DNA from: Dehalococcoidia bacterium
GTDB lineage: Bacteria; Chloroflexota; Dehalococcoidia; Plut-88900
Length of the DNA stretch: 64,000 nt
Assembly (NCBI GenBank): GCA_965197645.1
Contig: OZ240219.1
Location: 1,248,001 to 1,312,000, forward strand
Direction: 5' to 3'
A model generated the notes under the pieces. The model worked only from the letters and a program-made list of their open reading frames with translations. It was not told where the DNA came from and did no database searches. Numbering within the stretch: the first letter of the stretch is position 1; the number at the start of each line of letters is the position of its first letter. Positions 41,379 to 50,671 of the stretch are shown here, piece after piece. The position numbers and the translations under genes are program-made.

Positions 41379-42899
41379 CTACTCCAGGGTCAACAGATAG
41401 GCCACTACGTCGTTGATCTGCTGAGCCGTGAGCGTTGCATGGAAGTCCTGAGGCATCAGATTGGGGGTGAAGTCCTCCAACATGAATGCCATCGGGTCCA
41501 TGATGGACTGCCGGATGTACTCCTCCGCGTTCAGCCCCGACACCGTATCGCCGGCCCTGCTCGCTATACCCTGGAGACTGGGCCCTAGACCCACGGTCCC
41601 GTCCAGCGAGTGACAGACGTTGCAGGCGATGGGGCCGGCGGTCTCGTACACGGTTACCCCGGCCGCCGCGTTGCCGGCGCCGCCAACGCCGAGGTCAATA
41701 ACGGGCGGCTCTGTCGGTACCGGCGTGGGCGTGAATTCCGGTGCTTCCACGGTGGCTGCAGGAGGAAAGATAGTGGGTACGATATCCGGCGTGGCCTGGA
41801 CCGTCGCCATGGCTGGATACAGGGTCAATAGATAGGCCGTCAAGGCCGAGATTTCATCGGTTGTGAGGGCCTGGCCGGGGTCGTTGTAGACGGCCGCCCT
41901 CTCTGCCATCCTGTTGCCGGGCTTCAGGACCTCGGGATCGGTCAGCCAGCTCTTGATATTACTCTCGGTCAGGGGAACTATGCCCGACGCCATGGTGCTT
42001 CGCGTGGCGAAGTGGGTAAGGTTGGGGCCGGGCACCACCGGGTCTCCGGCGAAAAATGCACTCCTTTGGGACTCTCGCAAGGCCACGGTCTCTGCGCCGT
42101 CCTTGCTGTGGCACAGGATGCAACCCTTGGCCACGAACAGCGTCGCTCCCTGGGCGGCTTCTCCAGTGGGAGTGGTGGCAGCGCGGGTGTAGTCCTCCAC
42201 CCATTGATCAAACTCAGCCCGGGTCTCCACCACCACCCGGAACCTCATCAGGGCATGGGCTGTGCCGCAGAACTCGGCGCACTGGCCCTTGTACTCTCCG
42301 AGCTCGCGGGCGATGAACCAAGTCTCGTTGACGTTGCGGGGCACTATATCCAGCTTGCCCGCCAGGTTGGGGACCCAGAAGCTGTGGATCACGTCGTCGG
42401 AGTGGAGCCTCAGGTCCACACGGGCGTCGATGGGTACGTGAAGCTCATTCGCCGTGGCCACTCCCAACTCGGGGTATCGAAACTCGAACCACCATTGGTG
42501 GGCTATCACGTCCACTTCGATTTTCGGTATGTCGGTAGGTGCGGCTTCGATATCGGTCTCGAAAAGCACGATGAGGGTGGGAATGGCTATGCCGACAAGG
42601 ATTATCGCCGGAGCGATGGTCCAGGCTATCTCCAGCTTGGTGTGGCCGTGTACCTGCTTGGGTATGCCATCGCCGGGACGTCTTCGGAACCGGAAGGCGC
42701 TGTAGATCAGGACGCCTTCGACGATGACGAACACGAAGGTGCCCAATCCGAATATTATCCAGAATAGCTCCAGCTGTTTCTGGGCGATGTCACCCTTGGC
42801 GTCAAAGGTAGACTGATCGCCACAGCTTGCGATCAGGAGAATGGCTACAAAGGAAAGGAATACGAGTATGAGATGCCGCGAATAGCGGCGGTGCGACAC
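41379..42899 (-). CDS. ctaC: Cytochrome c oxidase subunit II with two C-terminal cytochrome c domains
   Basis: Lipobox LIASC; DVIHSFW; CAEFCGTAHALM (CuA); CILCH and CNVCH. Confidence 0.96.
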   Translation of the reverse strand: MSHRRYSRHLILVFLSFVAILLIASCGDQSTFDAKGDIAQKQLELFWIIFGLGTFVFVIVEGVLIYSAFRFRRRPGDGIPKQVHGHTKLEIAWTIAPAIILVGIAIPTLIVLFETDIEAAPTDIPKIEVDVIAHQWWFEFRYPELGVATANELHVPIDARVDLRLHSDDVIHSFWVPNLAGKLDIVPRNVNETWFIARELGEYKGQCAEFCGTAHALMRFRVVVETRAEFDQWVEDYTRAATTPTGEAAQGATLFVAKGCILCHSKDGAETVALRESQRSAFFAGDPVVPGPNLTHFATRSTMASGIVPLTESNIKSWLTDPEVLKPGNRMAERAAVYNDPGQALTTDEISALTAYLLTLYPAMATVQATPDIVPTIFPPAATVEAPEFTPTPVPTEPPVIDLGVGGAGNAAAGVTVYETAGPIACNVCHSLDGTVGLGPSLQGIASRAGDTVSGLNAEEYIRQSIMDPMAFMLEDFTPNLMPQDFHATLTAQQINDVVAYLLTLE

Positions 42900-42944
42900 T
42901 AGAGACTCCTCCGGCTGGCCTGGAAATGTCTTCTTGCGGCCTTT

Positions 42945-42962
42945 TTGTAAAATTTTTCACGC
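42945..42962. promoter_or_regulatory. Rex-like operator (ctaC side)
   Basis: TTGTAAA-ATTT-TTCACGC compared with the Rex consensus TTGTGAA-N4-TTCACAA. Confidence 0.5.
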
Positions 42963-43069
42963 GGAGATTATCAGAGCTTCAGCAGCCAGTCAAGGGGTTT
43001 TGGCCGGTAACTTTAGACCATCCGGTCATGCTGACACCTCCGGCCCAAAGACGTGTGATATACTGCCCT

Positions 43070-43087
43070 ATGTGCAGAAATGCACAA
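43070..43087. promoter_or_regulatory. Rex-like operator (ctaA side)
   Basis: ATGTGCA-GAAA-TGCACAA palindrome just downstream of an extended -10 TGaTATACT (43056-43064). Confidence 0.6.
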
Positions 43088-43146
43088 TTCCTAAGGCTGG
43101 CATTACGTCACACTTGGACGATGGAACGGACTGAGAGCAGAGGGTA

Positions 43147-44118
43147 ATGGATAGGGCGCTCAGCGTCTCCCAAACCCATCCAAGGGCCGAGGTTGCCCTC
43201 AGGTATCTAGCGTTGACCGCCATCGTGGCGGTTTTCTCCCTCATCACCTTCGGAGGGGTGGTCAGGGTGACCGAGTCCGGCCTGGGCTGCCCGGACTGGC
43301 CCCTCTGTCACGGGCAGATCATCCCACCGGCCGATGCCACCACCCTCATCGAGTACTCCCACCGGCTTCTGGCCAGCTTCACCGGGCTGCTCATTCTGTC
43401 TGTGGCGTTCCTCGTGTGGAAGATCCACCGGCAGGACCGCCTGTTGGTAAGTCTGATGGCAGCGGTTGTCGTGCTGCTGATAGTCCAAGTGGGCCTGGGT
43501 GGAGCGACGGTACTTACCGAGCTCTCCGAGGGTCTGGTGGTCGCTCACCTGGCCACGGCCGAGGTGTTCCTGGCCTGCCTGATATTAAGCACGGTCTTGC
43601 TGTGGAGGATCCCGACCGATGAGAACGCTCTCCCGTTTGATACCCCGGTGGAGAAGAACGACCATCGCAGGCCCACCTGGATACCGATAGCTCTAGTGGC
43701 TGTCTTCATCCTGATGATGACCGGGGCCTACGTGAGGGCCTCAGGCGCGACAGTGGCCTGCGGCGACACCTGGCCCCTGTGTGCCGGGGAGATTATTCGA
43801 GGAGGAACGCTGTCTCTGGTCCATATGTTCCACCGGATTCTCACCATTCCTGCAGCGGGTCTGGTCATAGCCGCCCTGGTGGAGGCGTGGCGTCTGCGAG
43901 AAAGCTACCCTTCCTTGCGGGTACCGGCGCTGGCCCTGGCCGGGGTGTTCATCGCCCAGGTTCTGATAGGCGGGTTCAACGTGTGGATGGCCTTTCCCGG
44001 ATGGGCCAACGTGCTCCATCTGTCAGGAGCGACGCTGACCTTTGCATTGCTGGTGTGGCTGACTGCCCTGGCGCGGCCACCAGTGAAGGACCTTTCTACG
44101 AGGGCGGGCGATGCTTAG
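43147..44118 (+). CDS. ctaA: Haem A synthase
   Basis: GGVVRVTESGLGCPDWPLC, EYSHR, second C....WPLC and HR/H motifs. Confidence 0.95.
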   Translation: MDRALSVSQTHPRAEVALRYLALTAIVAVFSLITFGGVVRVTESGLGCPDWPLCHGQIIPPADATTLIEYSHRLLASFTGLLILSVAFLVWKIHRQDRLLVSLMAAVVVLLIVQVGLGGATVLTELSEGLVVAHLATAEVFLACLILSTVLLWRIPTDENALPFDTPVEKNDHRRPTWIPIALVAVFILMMTGAYVRASGATVACGDTWPLCAGEIIRGGTLSLVHMFHRILTIPAAGLVIAALVEAWRLRESYPSLRVPALALAGVFIAQVLIGGFNVWMAFPGWANVLHLSGATLTFALLVWLTALARPPVKDLSTRAGDA

Positions 44119-45022
44119 GCAGCGATACCTGTTCCAGCTCCGTCACGCCCCGGCGATATCCGGTGTCATCGCCGACTACCTGGCCCTGACAAAGCCGGTC
44201 ATAATCTCGCTGTTGCTGGTGACGGCCCTGGGTGGGATGTTCGTTGCCGAGCAGGGTGTGCCCTCCCCCCAGCTTCTTGCGTGGGTCATGCTGGGCGGCG
44301 CCCTTGGCGCCGGGGGCGCCAACGCGCTGAACCATTACGTCGAGAGGGACACCGACAAGCTGATGACCCGTACCCGCCGGCGTCCGGTAGCTGCCCACAG
44401 GATCGGCCCGACCCAGGCGCTGCTGTTCGGTCTCGCTCTCAATCTGCTGGCGTTCCTAGTCTTGTTCCTCCAGGTGAACCTGATAAGCGCACTCCTCACG
44501 TTGGGCGCCTCCGTGTTCTACGTGTTGGTATACACAATCTGGCTGAAGCGGACCACCACGCAGAACATAGTTATAGGAGGGGCGGCCGGCTCCATACCCC
44601 CGGTGGTAGGCTGGACTGCGGTGACGGGCCAGCTGGACCTGCCCGCCTTCTACCTCTTCGCAATCGTATTCTTCTGGACGCCCTACCATTTCTGGGCGCT
44701 GGCCCTTCTCATACGACGAGACTACGCCGAGGCCAACATACCCATGCTGCCCGTGGTCAAAGGCGTTCCGGAGACCACCTGGAACATACTCCTCTATGGC
44801 CTGTTGCTGACAGCGCTGAGCCTGCTGTTCTTCACCACCCAGGCCGTGGACTGGATATACCTCTTCAGCGCCGCAGGACTGTGCGTCCCCTTGGTGTGGC
44901 TGGCCTGGAAGCTGTGGAGATCGAACACGATTTCCTCCGCTCGGACCACCTATTTGTACTCGCTGGTCTTCCTTGCAGGGCTGTTCGCAGCCATGATGGT
45001 GGATGGCGCAGTTTCGATCTAG
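44111..45022 (+). CDS. ctaB: Protohaem IX farnesyltransferase (haem O synthase)
   Basis: LTKP, D..M.RT..RP, LKR.T.QNIVIGG, WTP.HF.AL, DY..A..PMLP. Confidence 0.96.
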   Translation: MLRQRYLFQLRHAPAISGVIADYLALTKPVIISLLLVTALGGMFVAEQGVPSPQLLAWVMLGGALGAGGANALNHYVERDTDKLMTRTRRRPVAAHRIGPTQALLFGLALNLLAFLVLFLQVNLISALLTLGASVFYVLVYTIWLKRTTTQNIVIGGAAGSIPPVVGWTAVTGQLDLPAFYLFAIVFFWTPYHFWALALLIRRDYAEANIPMLPVVKGVPETTWNILLYGLLLTALSLLFFTTQAVDWIYLFSAAGLCVPLVWLAWKLWRSNTISSARTTYLYSLVFLAGLFAAMMVDGAVSI

Positions 45023-45758
45023 CTTGACATCGAGCAGTTCAAAACCTTATGTCTCTTGGCGACTGCTGGCGCTGGTTGCCCTGGGTCTCTTGATGCTCGG
45101 CTGGGCATGCTCGGGAGGCGGCCCCTCCACCGAGCTGTCCAATATCGGTACGGCCCCGACCTGGGAGCTGGACTCCCAATCGGGGGACAAAGTGGCCTCT
45201 AAGGACCTGTTGGGTAAGGCCTATGTGGCAAACTTCATATGGACCAACTGCCGCGATACCTGCCCGACCATGTCGCTCCAGATGGCGATACTCCAGGAGA
45301 GGCTGAAGGCAGACCGGTTGCTGGGAAACGACGCCGTGCTCGTTTCCTTCTCCATCGATCCCGATCGGGACACACCCGAGCGGCTGCAAAAATACGCCCG
45401 CCTGTTCAAAGCCGATCCCGACGGCTGGTTCTTCCTCACCGGCGCCCCCGGTTCGATCATCGAGGTGGTGACCAACGGCTTTGGTGTGTCCTTCCGGCCA
45501 ATCACAGGGGGGACCGACCAGCTTCACGTCGACGACGTGGCTACACAGGAAGGCGGCGGCCAGGTAGAGCTAGAGTTAGAGGACGTGGTGGGGGCCGATG
45601 ATCTGGGCGAACTACTGGATATCGATCACTCGGTCCAGTTCCAGCACCAGGATGTGTTCGTCCTGGTGGATGGAGAGGGTCGCATTCGCCAGTACTACAT
45701 CAATTCTTTCCTGGATATCGACCAGGTCATGCGTGACATCAAGAAGGTGTTGGGTTGA
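45003..45758 (+). CDS. sco: SCO family copper chaperone (lipoprotein)
   Basis: LGWAC lipobox, FIWTNCRDTCP, SIDPDRDTP, W.FLTG; start may be the TTG at 45024. Confidence 0.9.
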   Translation: MAQFRSSLTSSSSKPYVSWRLLALVALGLLMLGWACSGGGPSTELSNIGTAPTWELDSQSGDKVASKDLLGKAYVANFIWTNCRDTCPTMSLQMAILQERLKADRLLGNDAVLVSFSIDPDRDTPERLQKYARLFKADPDGWFFLTGAPGSIIEVVTNGFGVSFRPITGGTDQLHVDDVATQEGGGQVELELEDVVGADDLGELLDIDHSVQFQHQDVFVLVDGEGRIRQYYINSFLDIDQVMRDIKKVLG

Positions 45759-45813
45759 CGCCAGAGCAGATAAAGGATGTCTTGGCCTGTCCGATGACCC
45801 GGTAGGCCGGCGA

Positions 45814-46560
45814 TCAGCCGGTCTTGAGTTGGTTGATCTCGTCTTCCAGCTCTGCCACTGCCAGGTAGTCTTCCTCGCACAGCTTGTAGCAGCGCTCGGT
45901 GTAGAGTTGGGAGAGCCTGCTGGCCACGGGTCCTGGGGTTTGGGCCGCTTCGATAAGCTCGTCGACCCTGTACTTGACGCCGAGATGTTTGGACAGGCCC
46001 TCCATCTCCTTGAGGACCTCCTCGGCTTGAGAGCTATCGTTGCCCTCTATGGCGTAGCGAAGGGAGCCGGTGAACTTGGCCAGTTCGCTCAGCTTGTCCT
46101 TGTCGCTCATCACGGAGTAGAAGACCTCGCTGGCGTTCTCCTCGGACTCTCCGGCCAATTCCTGGACCGGCTCGGGTAAAGAGGGCCGGCTATTGTACAG
46201 CCTCAGATAGTCCTGGGCCGCCTCGCTAGTGCGGTAGAGCATCCTTTCGACCTCCGCCTCGTCGACGCTTCCGCCGTGGACCAGATCATCGCCCCGGGAC
46301 TCGGCGAGGGCTTGCAGATAGGCCACACTGTCCACCTTCTCCGGCACCGGAGGCAGGGGTATAGAGGAAACGTTCTCCACGTCGGTCATAGAGACTTTGG
46401 AGGCGAACATGGGCGGCATGTACTTGGCCAGCTCGATGTTGATGGGCGGGACGATGAGGTAGGTGGCATAGACCTGGGACTGGTCCGTCTCAGAGGTGAA
46501 GTAAAGAAGGGCGTGGCCTCTGGGGTTGCTTGGGTCCCCTCTTTCGAAGTCTATCGCCAT
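45814..46560 (-). CDS. Conserved hypothetical protein with a C-terminal UVR-like motif
   Basis: 248 aa; FERG....PRGHALLYF N-terminus; EEDYLAVAELEDEI C-terminus. Confidence 0.8.
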   Translation of the reverse strand: MAIDFERGDPSNPRGHALLYFTSETDQSQVYATYLIVPPINIELAKYMPPMFASKVSMTDVENVSSIPLPPVPEKVDSVAYLQALAESRGDDLVHGGSVDEAEVERMLYRTSEAAQDYLRLYNSRPSLPEPVQELAGESEENASEVFYSVMSDKDKLSELAKFTGSLRYAIEGNDSSQAEEVLKEMEGLSKHLGVKYRVDELIEAAQTPGPVASRLSQLYTERCYKLCEEDYLAVAELEDEINQLKTG

Positions 46561-46676
46561 AGCTGGGGCTCTCTAGACCGACTGTCACACAATCAAGGCG
46601 GTTGGGAAACGGCGCGCAGTGAACTACAGAACATGATAGCACAGGTATTAACGGGACAGTGAGAACGCCGGTCGGT

Positions 46677-47639
46677 CTATTCGGTATCCAACCTGCGGCG
46701 GCTCTCCCATCTATCGGCCACCGGTTCCACGGCCGCGGGCGCCAGGAAGAAGGCGAAGATCAGAATGGCCGTCAGCACCATCGAGAAGAAGCCGATGCCG
46801 ACGTCCTCGCTTTGGAAGATGCCTACGAACATGGAGAAGGTAACCACCATAAGTGCCCCGATCTTGAGGGCGCCTGCCCGCAGGCGGATGAAAACGGCAG
46901 TAGTGAGACCAAGGCCTATGTATGCCAGGGCCATAGTCCCGTCAGCATCGTGGACCGCTACTTCCGTACTGAGCAGGCCGCCCGCCCGCCCCAGCAGGAT
47001 GAGCCAGGCCACCACCACCGGAAGAGGCAACAGCATGAGAGATGCCAGCATCCAGTTTCTTCGAGCCACTTTGACGGTTGTGGAGACGATGAGCCACAAG
47101 GCGATGGGTAGATAGATGCCCCATATCGCTAGGGTCAGCATGTCTGGGGCAGGTCCACTGGATAGGAAAACCCCGGCCAGCTGGCCCAGGACGGGAAGGA
47201 ACAGATAGCCGGTGATGATCAGCGGCACCAGTGAGTATCCCACCCAGGGATACAGCCAGCCCGGTTTGCCCTGCCACCAGCCGTAGAGGGTGACGGCCAC
47301 TATGGGGACCAGGAGAGAAGGGGCCAACAGCCAGCGGTCCCAGCCGCCAACGGCAAATAGGAAGGCAATCATGAAGTGGGGAAGGGCCGCCAGCCCCACC
47401 TCCGGCCAAGTCACCCGGTGGTGGGCCTCGTAGAGGAGGCGGGCAACCGAGCGGGGACGCCCGAAGGACTCTATGGCTTGTTGAAGGGCCTGACGTTGGG
47501 GAACGCCGACCTCATGCAGCTCGGTGAGCTTGTCGTCGAAGTAAGAACGGAGCTCCAGGACGATGTGCTTTTCCGTCTCGGAATCCAGATGGAGGTGGCT
47601 CCGTACCTGCTCCAGGTATGCATCGAGCTCTGTAAGCAT
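46677..47639 (-). CDS. Polytopic membrane protein with an N-terminal HAAS/permease-prefix-like domain
   Basis: YLEQVR..L....I..EL..YF......A...AI..FG.P..VA followed by multiple TM helices; downstream of PadR. Confidence 0.8.
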   Translation of the reverse strand: MLTELDAYLEQVRSHLHLDSETEKHIVLELRSYFDDKLTELHEVGVPQRQALQQAIESFGRPRSVARLLYEAHHRVTWPEVGLAALPHFMIAFLFAVGGWDRWLLAPSLLVPIVAVTLYGWWQGKPGWLYPWVGYSLVPLIITGYLFLPVLGQLAGVFLSSGPAPDMLTLAIWGIYLPIALWLIVSTTVKVARRNWMLASLMLLPLPVVVAWLILLGRAGGLLSTEVAVHDADGTMALAYIGLGLTTAVFIRLRAGALKIGALMVVTFSMFVGIFQSEDVGIGFFSMVLTAILIFAFFLAPAAVEPVADRWESRRRLDTE

Positions 47640-47664
47640 CTGTTCGGCCTCTGCTGAGACGATG

Positions 47665-48030
47665 CTATGGATTGCCGGTGTCTATGATGCGATTGACGGC
47701 GGTGGAGAACTGGCGCCACTGCTCCCTCCGGCTTTGAAGCACCCGATGGCCTTCTGCGGTCAGGGAGTAGTAGCGGCGTTCCATCCCATTCACAGACACC
47801 CATTCGCCCTGTATCAGACCGGCCTGTTCCAGGCGGTGTAGAGCTGGGTATATGGTGCCTTCTTTAAACTGAAGGTGTCCATCGCTCCTCCTCCGGACCT
47901 CCTTGATCAGGCTGTAGCCGTACATGGGAGAATTTCCGATGAGGGCCAGTAACAACGATTCTGTGCTTCCTCGAAGCAGGTCTCCCAGGTAGTCTTTCGC
48001 CTCGGTGGACTTTCGCTTTCGGAGCACCAT
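47665..48030 (-). CDS. PadR family transcriptional regulator
   Basis: MYGY, EGTIYPALHRLE..GLI, RRYYSLT..G, W..F..AV. Confidence 0.93.
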   Translation of the reverse strand: MVLRKRKSTEAKDYLGDLLRGSTESLLLALIGNSPMYGYSLIKEVRRRSDGHLQFKEGTIYPALHRLEQAGLIQGEWVSVNGMERRYYSLTAEGHRVLQSRREQWRQFSTAVNRIIDTGNP

Positions 48031-48176
48031 GAGACAAAAGTAAAGGAAACGCCGGGGGATGTCAACGGCGCCCTCTTGCTGCTCACGCATCCAGGTTGTC
48101 GATACCTGTGGGCCGTGCTAGAATACGCCCCGATTTCCCCCCTTCATGCCCATTTGTAAGCACTGAGGTAATAAGC

Positions 48177-50231
48177 GTGGTACCACCAGGCGAAATATTC
48201 GGGTTCATACCAACCTGGGTCGGCGTCTTCGTGTTCGCCGGAGTTTGTTTCGGACTGACCGGCCTCATTCTCCACATGCGGGTCTTCCGCCTGGTCCTGA
48301 TGGGCCAGAAGGTGAACCGGTTCGACCAGATCCTGAAGAGGTCCTTGAGCGCCTTTCTGGTGGTGCTGGGCCAGCGGAAAGTGCTTCAGAGGGTCTCACT
48401 GACGGACAGGGCGGGGCTGGGCCACGTCTTCATCTTTTGGGGCTTCCTCTCCTTCGTTACCAGCTACATCCTGTTCATCTTCCTCGATTCAATTCACCAC
48501 GATATCTCCGCCACCATCTTCACGGAAACAGGGGTCAAGGTATTCGTCTTCATCCTGGATTCGTTGGGACTGGCGATACTGTCCGCCCTGATCTGGGCCC
48601 TGTTCCGAAGGTGGGTAATGACACCCCATCGCCTCAGCTACGACCTGACTCAGAGCAAAGACGCCATCGTTATAGTTTCGGTGATCGGCAGCCTGATGGT
48701 CCTTACCTTCCTGATAGAGGGATTTTACGGAGGGCTGGTGAGCAACGGCTATGTGGCCGATGGCCCACACGCTGCATCGCCCGTAGGCACGTTGCTGGGT
48801 AAGGCCTTCGACGGCCTGGGCGAAGACACCCTGTTGACCCTGCAGGGCGCCTTCTGGTGGGCACACCTGGCCCTGATACTCGGTTTCGGGATGTACATCC
48901 CCTTCTCCAAGCATATGCACATGATCGGAGCGCCTCTCGGCGCCTTTCTCCACGACGTAAATGCCCGGGGCACTCTCCATCCCATCGAAGATATCGAGAC
49001 TGCAGAGACCTATGGCGCCAACCAGATTCAGGACTTCACCTGGAAGGAGCTCTTGGACGGATACGCCTGCGCCGTCTGCGGACGCTGCACCGCTTCCTGT
49101 CCTGCCAGCCTGACAGGCAAAGTGCTCTCGCCGATGCACATCGTCGAGGGGATCAAGGACCATCTGCTCGAAGTGGGACCTACGGTCATCAAGAATAAGG
49201 GCTCTGCAAACGGGGGCGTAGAGGTCCCTCCGGTCATAGGACACGCGGTCAGCGAGGAGGCGATATGGGACTGCGTTACCTGTGGCGCCTGCGAGCAGGA
49301 GTGCCCCGTAGCCATCGAGCACATAGACAGCATAGTCGACATGCGGCGGAACCTGGTGCTTGAACAGGGCTCCATGCCGGAAACTGCCCAGACGGCGCTG
49401 CGGAGCATGGAGACCAGGGGGCACCCGTGGACGGGGACCAAGTTCAGCCGTACCGACTGGGCCGAAGGGCTGGACGTCAAGCAGATATCGGAGAACGACC
49501 ATCCCGACTATCTTCTATGGGTCGGGTGCACACCGGCGCTGGAGGAGCGGAGCCAGGGGATAGTTAGATCACTGGTCCAGGTGTTGAATGCCGCCGGGAT
49601 CAACTTCGCCATCCTGGGTGAGGAGGAAACCTGCAACGGCGACCCGGCCAGGCGCATGGGCAACGAGTATCTCTTCCAGCTTATGGCCCAGCAGAACATC
49701 GAGACCTTCAAGCGGCACGACGTGACCCGGATCATCGCCTCCTGCCCCCACTGCTTCAACACCTTCAAGAACGAATACTCCCAGTTCGGGGCCAAGCTGG
49801 AGGTCATACACCACAATCAGCTCATCGCCGACTTGATAAAACAGGGCAGGCTGAAGCTGAACAAGCCGCTGGACAAGCTGCTCACCTATCACGACTCCTG
49901 CTACCTGGGCCGGCACAACGGCATCTACGAGGAACCCAGGCAGATCCTCGACATCATTCCGAAGCTGCAGGTCAAGGAGATGGAGCGCAACCGGAGCCGA
50001 GGGTTCTGCTGCGGCGCCGGCGGGGGACACATGTGGATGGATGAGTCCAAGGGCGAACGAATCAATCACGTCAGGACCCAGCACGCCCTGGACACCGGTG
50101 CCGAGATGGTCGGTACCTCATGCCCCTTCTGCCTGCAGATGTTCGAGGATGGCATCCGGGTCAAGGAGATGGAGGGGAAGGTGGAAGCCCGCGACCTGGT
50201 TGAGCTGGTGGCCGACTCCCTGGAGAGCTAG
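48177..50231 (+). CDS. Membrane Fe-S oxidoreductase (FadF/EtfD-like: TM b-haem domain, 2x[4Fe-4S], CCG domains)
   Basis: PFSKHMH; CAVCGRC...CP; CVTCGAC...CP; HDSCYLGR; CCGAGG; CPFC; start at GTG 48177 after GAGGT. Confidence 0.9.
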   Translation: MVPPGEIFGFIPTWVGVFVFAGVCFGLTGLILHMRVFRLVLMGQKVNRFDQILKRSLSAFLVVLGQRKVLQRVSLTDRAGLGHVFIFWGFLSFVTSYILFIFLDSIHHDISATIFTETGVKVFVFILDSLGLAILSALIWALFRRWVMTPHRLSYDLTQSKDAIVIVSVIGSLMVLTFLIEGFYGGLVSNGYVADGPHAASPVGTLLGKAFDGLGEDTLLTLQGAFWWAHLALILGFGMYIPFSKHMHMIGAPLGAFLHDVNARGTLHPIEDIETAETYGANQIQDFTWKELLDGYACAVCGRCTASCPASLTGKVLSPMHIVEGIKDHLLEVGPTVIKNKGSANGGVEVPPVIGHAVSEEAIWDCVTCGACEQECPVAIEHIDSIVDMRRNLVLEQGSMPETAQTALRSMETRGHPWTGTKFSRTDWAEGLDVKQISENDHPDYLLWVGCTPALEERSQGIVRSLVQVLNAAGINFAILGEEETCNGDPARRMGNEYLFQLMAQQNIETFKRHDVTRIIASCPHCFNTFKNEYSQFGAKLEVIHHNQLIADLIKQGRLKLNKPLDKLLTYHDSCYLGRHNGIYEEPRQILDIIPKLQVKEMERNRSRGFCCGAGGGHMWMDESKGERINHVRTQHALDTGAEMVGTSCPFCLQMFEDGIRVKEMEGKVEARDLVELVADSLES

Positions 50232-50237
50232 AAGGGT

Positions 50238-50629
50238 TGGGGGCACATCCCCCATGCCCCCTGCCAGAGGGAAGTGTCCCTCTGGACTCCCTCAATGGCG
50301 GGTGGGAGAGAAAACCAACCTGGGGTGGTGCCAGTGCTGAGCCTGTCTCAAGTTAGCTGACGCCTGCTTCCCAACCGCCCACCCTCGAACGGTTTAGGAA
50401 CTGGGGGCACATCCCCCATGCCCCCTGCCAGAGGGAGGTGTCCCTCTGGACTACCTCAATGGCGGGTGGGAGGGAAAACCAACCTGGGGTGGTGCCAGTG
50501 TTGAGCCTGTCTCAAATTAGCTGACTCCTGCTTCCCAACCGCCTGCCCTCGAACGGTTTAGGAACTGGGGGCACGTCCCCCATGCCCCCGCCAGAGGGGG
50601 GTGTCCTTCTGGACTCCCTCAAGGGCGGG
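50238..50629. repeat. Tandem array of a 164-bp palindromic mosaic unit (about 2.4 copies)
   Basis: Units start at 50238, 50402 and 50566; each carries TGGGGGCAC.TCCCCCA and CCAGAGGG..GTGTCC.TCTGG hairpins; lies between convergent genes. Confidence 0.95.
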
Positions 50630-50671
50630 TTCTAGGACAAGCTAGGGAGGATATTCCCTCCGGCACTGCTC

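Noticed and set aside
50254-50340. Repeated 28-aa peptide ORF MPPARGKCPSGLPQWRVGEKTNLGWCQC in the tandem units
   Set aside because: No RBS, the third copy is frameshifted, and the sequence is explained by the palindromic repeat modules
50238-50629. CRISPR array
   Set aside because: The whole 164-bp unit is repeated, there are no unique spacers and no cas genes are present
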